Shown here piece after piece: positions 57,662 to 64,000 of a stretch of 64,000 nucleotides of DNA. How positions within the stretch are numbered: the stretch's first letter is position 1; the number at the start of each line of letters is the position of its first letter. This stretch comes from a virus, in the IMG/VR virus record IMGVR_UViG_3300045988_087758. One strand, given 5' to 3'. The notes under the pieces were generated by a model. The model was not told where the DNA came from. It saw only the letters and a program-made list of their open reading frames with translations, and made no database searches. The position numbers and the translations under genes are program-made.

Positions 57662-58096
57662 AAATTCTTTTAGAATCAGATTATCACTACAAGTGATGAA
57701 ACTGAAAGCTAGAGAAGAGTTCTTTGACATATTGACGCACAGAATATAGTATGCGTGGAAAAGAAGTAGCCGGAGAGCATCAATGGATGCCGTGACCTGG
57801 CGAAAAGGACGCACGACATACGAAAAACTAGTCAGTAACAGATATTACATAGACTATACCGATGAACTATGCTGAAACATCAGCACAAGCAAAGGGCATA
57901 ATATAGGTCTGTATCGTTTGCTATGTAGTATTCTAGTCGAAGTATGTATTATTGCCATCTTACGTGTAAGATATTTATAATATGTATGGAGTGTCATATG
58001 GAACGTCAATGCTAGCTGTATCGGGAATACGGAAACGATTAATATCGTGGCATTCACAAACGACAGAAAGCTCCATGGTTTTAGATACATAAAACA
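57662..58096 (+). ncRNA. 435-nt ORF-free hairpin-rich segment inside the tRNA array (candidate structured RNA)
   Basis: No plus-strand ORF. The minus-strand track ORFs overlap tRNAs. Local hairpins at 57681-57699, 57735-57756, 57777-57790, 57870-57885, 57955-57989 and 58035-58048. Confidence 0.3.
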
Positions 58097-58196
58097 GCAG
58101 GGTATGGTGTAAGTGGTATTCTTGCACACCTCGCACAATAGATGATACCTCTTTTTATCGTGTGAGATAGTGGCGGTTCGATTCCGCCTCCCTGCA
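58097..58196 (+). tRNA. tRNA-like gene with enlarged anticodon arm (identity undetermined)
   Basis: 100 nt. Acceptor gcagggt/tccctgc (one T-T mismatch), D stem gtgt/gcac, T arm ggcgg-ttcgatt-ccgcc. The helix ctcgcac/gtgtgag at the anticodon-stem position encloses 23 nt (58137-58159) instead of 7. Confidence 0.5.
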
Positions 58197-58344
58197 CAAA
58201 TTTTCAATTATTATTAGATAGTACAACGTTTATTACGAATATAGAAGTCTAGCTAACTCTGAACAGAGTTAAGTCAAAGAATGAGACTTAAACACTACTT
58301 AAAGTAGAGATTACTTCTCAATACTTTAATTAAATAACAACAAA

Positions 58345-58436
58345 GAGATATTTAGTGTAAACGGAAGCACGTCATACAACTTGAAGATACCGTTCTTATC
58401 GTATGGAAATGTTGGTTCGAATCCGGCAATATCTCC
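58345..58436 (+). tRNA. tRNA-like gene with enlarged anticodon arm (identity undetermined)
   Basis: About 91 nt. Acceptor agatatt/aatatct, D arm gtgt-aaacggaa-gcac, T arm gttgg-ttcgaat-ccggc. The helix tcatac/gtatgg encloses 23 nt (58378-58400). Confidence 0.5.
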
Positions 58437-58520
58437 AACAATTTTCTGAAGACTGAATTGAATATTCAGACTCTCATGTTTCTAGTATCTTTCTTATCTG
58501 TGAAGATAGGCTGCACAAAT

Positions 58521-58599
58521 CGCAGGTTAGAACAACTGGTAGTTTCGCTAAGTTAAAATATGAAACTTAGAGCCACAGGTTCGAGTCCTGTACCTGCAA
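58521..58599 (+). tRNA. tRNA-like gene with enlarged anticodon loop (identity undetermined)
   Basis: 79 nt. Acceptor (c)gcaggt/acctgc(a), D arm gaac-aactggta-gttt, T arm acagg-ttcgagt-cctgt. The helix ctaagt/acttag encloses 11 nt (58554-58564). Confidence 0.5.
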
Positions 58600-58687
58600 C
58601 ACTCATTTTTTTGGTTATAAGGTTATAAGGTAAAGTTAATTAGTTTTCTAAGTTTTAGCATCAAGTTCGTGAGAATATGATGCTTCT

Positions 58688-58758
58688 GGTTCTATGGTGT
58701 AACGGTAGCACAAGAGATTTTGGTTCTCTTAGAGATTGTTCGAGTCAGTCTAGAACTA
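58688..58758 (+). tRNA. tRNA-Gln (anticodon TTG)
   Basis: Hand-folded: ggttcta/tagaact acceptor, gtgt-aacggta-gcac D arm, agaga-ttTTGgt-tctct anticodon arm, gattg-ttcgagt-cagtc T arm. 71 nt. Confidence 0.85.
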
Positions 58759-58894
58759 CTGCATTTTTTTCATCTATGTACTTCTGTTTGTGAAAATAGT
58801 AGTGCTTTATTTGGAATCGGCACTTTTTAAGTGTTTTGTTTACTTAAATAATTTATTTTTTTTCTCAACTGCTTGCGACAAGTCGTTGAGTTTT

Positions 58895-58985
58895 GCCCTT
58901 AAAGCATGTAGGCATGCGCTACATACGCAGATTTAAAGCTCCGACCAGTATCGTAGAGAAGATGGTTCGATTCCATCTAAGGGCG
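58895..58985 (+). tRNA. tRNA-like gene with enlarged anticodon arm (identity undetermined)
   Basis: 91 nt. Perfect acceptor gccctta/taagggc, D arm gcat-gtaggc-atgc, T arm gatgg-ttcgatt-ccatc. The helices ctac/gtag and atac/gtat enclose 21 nt (58927-58947). Confidence 0.5.
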
Positions 58986-59025
58986 CGTTTTTTACTTTGT
59001 CATATATTAAAATTAGGCTGTTTTC

Positions 59026-59069
59026 CCTTGGCGGTCAGATTATTAAGTTAGTCTGCCGCCAAGGTTTTT
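59026..59069 (+). terminator. rho-independent terminator closing the tRNA array
   Basis: A 13-bp stem, ccttggcgg(t)caga / tctgccgccaagg, followed by ttttt at 59065-59069. Confidence 0.75.
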
Positions 59070-59080
59070 ACGAAAAGAAC

Positions 59081-59341
59081 ATGAAGATTATATATAGTAT
59101 AAAGGTTCACAGAGACCACTTGAAAACGCTGCAAGGTCTGAAATGCTTGCAGTCTGTTGATGCCGGTGAAGATGGCAAGTCAATTACTTGTCAGTTCAAA
59201 GACAACAAGACTAGAGGTTGTCTGATTGCTCATACAAATGATTGGCTTGTTGAATTTGCGATAGGAGAATGGCAGAAGTTCGGTGATGCTGCTTACCAAC
59301 AACTAGTTTGGAATCCGAGCAACTTTTCTAAAGAATATTAG
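59081..59341 (+). CDS. hypothetical protein
   Basis: The track ORF 58997.. starts at a TTG and runs through the terminator hairpin. The ATG at 59081 (MKIIYSIKVHRD...) is the plausible start. Confidence 0.45.
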   Translation: MKIIYSIKVHRDHLKTLQGLKCLQSVDAGEDGKSITCQFKDNKTRGCLIAHTNDWLVEFAIGEWQKFGDAAYQQLVWNPSNFSKEY

Positions 59342-59343
59342 CT

Positions 59344-59820
59344 ATGGCTGCTGCTAGGGTTGTTCAACACAAGTACACATCGAAAGATGGTACTGAGTAC
59401 GATAGTAAAGAAGAATATCTGTATCACCAAATTCTTCTTGCTGATAAACGAGTTTCTTGTATTCATAGGCAAGTGAAACTCAATATATTCAAATCCCTTT
59501 ATATGCTTGTGCCGAAGCAACTCAAAACAAAGGTTCGGTACGATAAAAAACTGATGGTTAGCGGTCATAGCTATAAACCAGACTTCATATTTAGGGAAGA
59601 CGGAAAATTGATTGTATGTGATGTGAAATCTAAGTACACCCATTCTCTCAGAGAGTTCAGAATAACTGCCAAGGGGTGTATCAATAAGATTGTCGCACAC
59701 AACAAGAAACGTCATAATGGTGAGCCGTTTGTGGTTTTTCGTGAAGCTATCCATATCAAGAAGAATGAATGGAAGATAATCGACTACCCACCTGACGGAA
59801 ATAGTTATTGTGAGATTTAA
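59344..59820 (+). CDS. PD-(D/E)xK nuclease-like protein (DUF1064-like)
   Basis: 158-aa ORF. GHSYKPDFIFREDGKLIVCDVKSKYT contains a PD...D-x-K arrangement. Confidence 0.45.
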   Translation: MAAARVVQHKYTSKDGTEYDSKEEYLYHQILLADKRVSCIHRQVKLNIFKSLYMLVPKQLKTKVRYDKKLMVSGHSYKPDFIFREDGKLIVCDVKSKYTHSLREFRITAKGCINKIVAHNKKRHNGEPFVVFREAIHIKKNEWKIIDYPPDGNSYCEI

Positions 59821-60028
59821 TTTCATTCATAATTTAAAATTTAGTTAGTTGTTAAACCGCCCCTACGCCGACTAAGGTTGTCGTAGAATTGGATGTGGAG
59901 TTGCTCATTGGGCATGAGCATGGATTGGGAACGCACCATAAGAGGGATAAAACCTCTTGTAAGTTTGGTAAGTGGTGTGCCTTTTGAAACCTCGGAAACG
60001 AAGCATCCTTTTAAAAACAGTTTAAAAG

Positions 60029-63000
60029 ATGAATACAAAAGAATTAGACGGTTATCTGAAATTTCTCTCAGAAAAACAGACTGCCGTTCAAGAAAGCGGT
60101 TTTGATGTTGAGGATAGCGATTTGAATCCTCAACTATTTCCATTTCAAAAGTATTGCGTTAAACGAGCATTGAAAGTTGGTCGCTTCGCTATGTTTGAGG
60201 ACTGTGGATTGGGTAAAGAGCAGCCTTATTCAGAACCTGTACTAACACCTACTGGTTTTGTTGAAATGGGAAGTCTGAAAGTTGGTGATTATGTTATTTC
60301 CGCAAATGGAAATAAAACTAAAATCACAAACATATATGAGCAAGGTGCTAAAGATGTATATAAGGTGTCTTTTAGCGATGGAACATACGCAAGATGCGGA
60401 TTAAATCATTTATGGAATGTTAGAACCTTAAATGATTGTTCTAGAAATAATGACTATCGCACAATGGAATTGAAAGACATTATGGCTGATTATATTGGGG
60501 TCAGAAACGATGATAAAAGATACCCTAATAAACCACGTAATGTTTATAAATATTCCATTCCTGTGAACGGAAAAGTATCTTGGGATATTGCTGAAAATAT
60601 CACAATTCATCCTTATCTTCTTGGTGTTATACTCGGTGATGGAAGTATCTCTCAAAGAGGTGTAAAAATCTCAAAACCGAACAAGTCAATCCATGATAAA
60701 TTACTTACGTTAGACCTTCATGGCGATGTTGTTTCTGATTTTTACAAAGACGGAATGTCTTATTCCGTACATAACGAGGTAACAAATAAGACTAGTTGGA
60801 CGCAAAAAGAGTTAGAAAAACTAAACTTGATGGGGCACAAGTCTATCGACAAGTTTATTCCTTCTAACTATCTTTATGCGTCAGTAGAGAGTAGGGAAGA
60901 ATTACTGCAAGGTTTGATAGATACTGATGGACACTTGGTTAAGGGTGGAAGCGTTATTGAATATAGTACTGCATCCGAAAGAATTATGAATGACGTTTCT
61001 TTTCTTGCTCGTTCATTAGGTTACATGGTTAGGGTGAAAAAACGTATGTCTTACTATAATAAGAATGGGGAACGTTTTCCTAATTTCCGTGTTTATCTTT
61101 ACAAGAATTGTAGAAAGCTAAAGAATATTGTCAATATTGAGAAAGAAGGACAAGAGAAACAACGTTGTATCTATGTTGAAGATAGTTCTCACTTGTATCT
61201 AACTCGCGACTTTATTGTAACTCACAATACCGTTCAGCAATTAGAGTGGGCACAACAAGTGGTTAACCACATTAATAAACCTGTTCTTATTCTTGCACCA
61301 TTGGGTGTTATAGGTCAGACAATCAAAGAAGGAGTTCATTTCGGGTACAAAGTAACTGAGATTGCTCTTACGACATTCGACCAGGACTTGGATGCTGGTA
61401 TCTATATTACCAACTATGATAATATGGATAACATAGATGCTTATCTGTTTGGGGGGGTCGTTCTTGATGAGAGTTCTATATTGAAGAACTTTGCAGGTAA
61501 GACAAGAACCGCTCTTATTGAGGACTTCAAAAATACACCTTATAAGTTGTGTTGTACTGCAACGCCTTCTCCAAACGACACAACCGAGCTTTGCAATCAT
61601 GCAGAGTTCTTGAATATTATGACAAGAAACGAAATGCTTGCGATGTATTTTGTACATGATGGCGGTTCTACATCTGATTGGAGACTGAAAGGTCATGCAC
61701 AACAAGACTTTTGGGATTTCGTTTCTACTTGGGCAGTAATGCTCAGTAAACCATCTGATATTGGATTTAGCGATGATGGGTATAACCTTCCACCGATGAA
61801 TGTTATTGAAGATTACATCGTTACCGAGAAGAAAGATAACGGTGCTCTCTTTAATGATATGGCAGTGTCTGCAACAGATTTCCACAAAGAGCTTAGAAGA
61901 ACTATCAAACAACGTCTTGAAAGAGTTGCTGAGATTATTAATGGTTCTTCTGAGAATTGGATTATCTGGATTGGGCAAGATGAAGAAGGCAAGGTTCTTC
62001 GTGAATTGATTCCCGATGCAGTTGAGGTTAAGGGTAGTGACAACAAACAATACAAGAAAGATAAGTTGCTAGGATTTGCCAATAACGAGTTCAGAGTGCT
62101 TATCACTAAGTTGAAGATTGCATCATTCGGTCTTAACTATCAGAACTGCCGTAATCAGATGTTTGCTTCACTTGATTTTTCATTTGAAGCTACCTATCAA
62201 GGTATCAGACGTTCATATCGTTTCGGTCAGAAAGATGAGGTAAATATCCACATCATTACTCTTGATACGATGCAGAACGTGAAATCATCATTCGAGGAAA
62301 AGCAAAAGCAATTCCTCGAAATGCAGAAGTCTATGACCGAAGCTATGTGTCGTAACATCAATAATCAGATAAAGTTAAAGAAGATGGAAGTTGATAATAA
62401 GTATCAATCAAAAAACTGTGACATTCGCCTAGGCGATTGTGTGCAGCTCATTCAGAATGTTCCCGATGAGAGTATTGGATTCTCTATTTTCTCTCCACCA
62501 TTTGCGGAACTTTACACTTATTCCGATAAGTTGGAAGATATGGGTAACTCAAAGGACTATAAGGAGTTCTTTACTGCCTTCAAATATCTTGTTAAAGAAC
62601 TATACAGAGTTCTTTGGAGCGGTCGTAACGTTGCCGTACATTGTATGGACTTGCCTATCCAAAAAGGTAAGGAAGGATATATTGGTCTTCGTGACTTCTC
62701 AGGAATGATTCTTGAAGCATTCCAAGAAGTAGGTTTTATTTATCATTCAAGAGTAACTATTTGGAAGAACCCAGTGACGGAAATGCAGAGAACAAAGGCA
62801 CTCGGTCTTCTTCATAAGCAAGTAAAGAAAGATGCGGCTATGAGTCGTGTCGGCATCCCTGACTATCTTATGGTATTCCGCAAGGAAGGAGAACATGAAC
62901 ACCCAGTTCATTGTGATATATCTGTTGATACTTGGCAAAAGTACGCTTCGCCAGTGTGGATGGATATTGATTACTCTAAAACACTTAATGGTATTAAGGG

Positions 63001-63256
63001 GCGTGACGAGAATGACGAGAAGCATATCTGTCCATTACAACTTGAAACAATCGAGCGAGCAATAACTCTTTGGAGTAACAAGGGTGATAAGGTTCTTACA
63101 CCATTCCTTGGAATCGGTTCTGAGGTGTATCAGTCAATTAAGATGGGTCGCTTTGGTGTTGGCTTTGAATTAAAGGATAGTTACTTTAATGAAGCTGTAA
63201 AGAATTGCAAAGCTGCCGAGGCTGATACAAATGCGCCTACGTTGTTCGATATGTAG
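60029..63256 (+). CDS. SNF2/DEAD-like helicase fused to a C-terminal N6/N4 DNA methyltransferase, interrupted by an intein
   Basis: 1075-aa ORF. Walker A GLGK|...|T is split. VVLDESS (DExx box), CCTATPSPND (motif III). MTase motif IV IFSPPFAELY, and FLGIGSE (FxGxG) near the C-terminus, giving a beta-class motif order. Confidence 0.8.
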   Translation: MNTKELDGYLKFLSEKQTAVQESGFDVEDSDLNPQLFPFQKYCVKRALKVGRFAMFEDCGLGKEQPYSEPVLTPTGFVEMGSLKVGDYVISANGNKTKITNIYEQGAKDVYKVSFSDGTYARCGLNHLWNVRTLNDCSRNNDYRTMELKDIMADYIGVRNDDKRYPNKPRNVYKYSIPVNGKVSWDIAENITIHPYLLGVILGDGSISQRGVKISKPNKSIHDKLLTLDLHGDVVSDFYKDGMSYSVHNEVTNKTSWTQKELEKLNLMGHKSIDKFIPSNYLYASVESREELLQGLIDTDGHLVKGGSVIEYSTASERIMNDVSFLARSLGYMVRVKKRMSYYNKNGERFPNFRVYLYKNCRKLKNIVNIEKEGQEKQRCIYVEDSSHLYLTRDFIVTHNTVQQLEWAQQVVNHINKPVLILAPLGVIGQTIKEGVHFGYKVTEIALTTFDQDLDAGIYITNYDNMDNIDAYLFGGVVLDESSILKNFAGKTRTALIEDFKNTPYKLCCTATPSPNDTTELCNHAEFLNIMTRNEMLAMYFVHDGGSTSDWRLKGHAQQDFWDFVSTWAVMLSKPSDIGFSDDGYNLPPMNVIEDYIVTEKKDNGALFNDMAVSATDFHKELRRTIKQRLERVAEIINGSSENWIIWIGQDEEGKVLRELIPDAVEVKGSDNKQYKKDKLLGFANNEFRVLITKLKIASFGLNYQNCRNQMFASLDFSFEATYQGIRRSYRFGQKDEVNIHIITLDTMQNVKSSFEEKQKQFLEMQKSMTEAMCRNINNQIKLKKMEVDNKYQSKNCDIRLGDCVQLIQNVPDESIGFSIFSPPFAELYTYSDKLEDMGNSKDYKEFFTAFKYLVKELYRVLWSGRNVAVHCMDLPIQKGKEGYIGLRDFSGMILEAFQEVGFIYHSRVTIWKNPVTEMQRTKALGLLHKQVKKDAAMSRVGIPDYLMVFRKEGEHEHPVHCDISVDTWQKYASPVWMDIDYSKTLNGIKGRDENDEKHICPLQLETIERAITLWSNKGDKVLTPFLGIGSEVYQSIKMGRFGVGFELKDSYFNEAVKNCKAAEADTNAPTLFDM
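60218..61228 (+). mobile_element. intein with LAGLIDADG homing-endonuclease domain (aa 64-400 of the host ORF)
   Basis: It sits between GLGK and T of the P-loop. Hint block B-like ARCGLNHLW. Two LAGLIDADG motifs (LLGVILGDGSI, LLQGLIDTDGH). C-terminal CIYVEDSSHLYLTRDFIVTHN followed by the +1 Thr. The first residue is Glu, not Cys/Ser. Confidence 0.75.
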
Positions 63257-63289
63257 CTTTTCATTTGCCCTTATATTTTAAGTTTTGGA

Positions 63290-63545
63290 ATCCTTTAATT
63301 AGGTTACAGCGATTATCCATTCAATCGTCCGAAGCGGATTAGCCTTAGCCCCGAATGGAATTAGGGAGCTACGTTAGGAATGAATGCATAGGCACGTCAG
63401 AATGTTCGTCCAAGTTCTGACCTCTGCGGTCGATGATTAAAAGAAGCGAAAACAACGGTATTGTCGGCAAGAAACCATTCTATAACATTGGCGATGGGCG
63501 CACAACCCCACTTCGGTGGGAGATTTATTTATTAATTTAAATTTG
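63290..63545 (+). ncRNA. candidate omega-RNA of the IscB locus (boundaries approximate)
   Basis: About 290 nt of ORF-free sequence directly 5' of the IscB ATG. Hairpins at 63316-63359 (tccattc/gaatgga), 63396-63421 (gtcagaa/ttctgac) and 63507-63520 (cccac-ttcg-gtggg). This position matches the known omega-RNA location. Confidence 0.55.
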
Positions 63546-63550
63546 AGTTT

Positions 63551-64000
63551 ATGATTTACGTAAGAAGTAAAGAAGGCAGTGTATTAATGCCAACAGAACG
63601 TTGTGGTAAGATAGGTTATCTTCTTCGTCACGGAAAGGCTCACGTAGTCAGCCGTGTTCCATTTGTTGTACAGTTGGATTACGATAGTACCACCTACACG
63701 CAAGATGTGAGTCTTGGCATTGATGCTGGCTCAAAGCACATTGGTGTTTCGGCAAGTTCCGAGAAGAAGGAGATGCTTGCAGCACAAGTCGAGTTAAGAA
63801 GTGATATTGTGAAATTACTTTCTACTCGTAGGGAGTTGAGACGGAATAGAAGAAACCGCAAGACACGCTACCGCAAGGCTCGTTTTGATAATCGCAAGAA
63901 GAAAGATGGTTGGCTAGCACCAAGTGTTGAACAAAAGATTGAGAGCCACTTGAAGGTTATTCGTTTGGTTCATAAGTTACTTCCTATCACGAAGACCACA
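63551..64000 (+). CDS. iscB: IscB-type RNA-guided nuclease, N-terminal 150 aa (truncated by window end)
   Basis: My own translation (not in the ORF track because there is no stop): MIYVRSKEGSVLMPTERCGKIGYLLRHGKAHVVSRVPFVVQLDYDSTTYTQDVSLGIDAGSKHIGVSASS...TRRELRRNRRNRKTRYRKARFDNRKKKDGWLAPSVEQKIESHLKVIRLVHKLLPITKTT. It shows a PLMP-domain motif (LMPT), RuvC-I (LGIDAGSK) and an Arg-rich bridge helix. Confidence 0.85.
   Translation, partial: MIYVRSKEGSVLMPTERCGKIGYLLRHGKAHVVSRVPFVVQLDYDSTTYTQDVSLGIDAGSKHIGVSASSEKKEMLAAQVELRSDIVKLLSTRRELRRNRRNRKTRYRKARFDNRKKKDGWLAPSVEQKIESHLKVIRLVHKLLPITKTT

Noticed and set aside
57662-58196. tmRNA, or a group I intron splitting a tRNA
   Set aside because: I found no matching 5' acceptor half (gcaggga-type) further upstream and no tag-peptide frame. 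This cannot be fully excluded without covariance models, so the segment is kept as an unclassified structured-RNA candidate.
57623-58207. 63-aa and 117-aa minus-strand ORFs
   Set aside because: They run antisense through tRNA-Asn and the next tRNA-like gene, so they are not credible as coding.
58521-58599. Initiator tRNA, suggested by a possible C1-A72 mismatch in the acceptor stem
   Set aside because: There is no CAT anticodon and no run of three G-C pairs in the anticodon stem. The acceptor register is itself ambiguous.
58997-59080. N-terminal 28 codons of track ORF 58997..59341
   Set aside because: They start at a TTG and span the 13-bp terminator hairpin that closes the tRNA array. The ATG at 59081 is preferred.
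61241-62050. 269-aa minus-strand ORF inside the helicase/MTase gene
   Set aside because: It is antisense to a gene with clear helicase motifs and has no motifs of its own.
1-64000. Genome-wide stop-codon reassignment (TAG), suggested by two TAG-interrupted small ORFs and the odd tRNAs
   Set aside because: All long genes (for example the 1887-, 1372-, 1075- and 929-aa ORFs) are intact under the standard code, and no CTA-anticodon tRNA was found. At most this is local readthrough, and it is kept only as low-interest findings.

Overview
The whole 64-kb window looks like a tailed, siphovirus-type temperate phage or prophage of a Bacteroidota-like host. Evidence for the host: TAnnTTTG -7 promoter boxes, few Shine-Dalgarno sites, roughly 40% GC. 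Layout: (i) a leftward structural arm at 1-19.3 kb (TerL, portal, a large tail protein, several fibre-like proteins) with a complete diversity-generating retroelement (DGR) inside the fibre module; (ii) a rightward head/tail arm at 19.4-31.0 kb ending in a 1887-aa tape measure; (iii) a leftward block of small genes at 31.2-38.7 kb, including an HNH/AP2 homing-endonuclease-like gene; (iv) a ~1.9-kb ORF-free control/origin-like region; (v) a rightward block of small genes with a serine recombinase; (vi) a lysogeny module (tyrosine integrase, CI-like repressor, Rha/KilAC antirepressor, Xis-like HTH); (vii) a six-gene tRNA array in which four members have an enlarged anticodon arm, preceded by a 435-nt hairpin-rich ORF-free segment; (viii) an SNF2-like helicase/DNA-methyltransferase fusion whose Walker A motif is split by an intein; (ix) at the right edge, a structured non-coding region followed by the N-terminus of an IscB-type RNA-guided nuclease (OMEGA system), cut off by the window end. 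All functions are inferred by eye from motifs and gene context; no database search was run.
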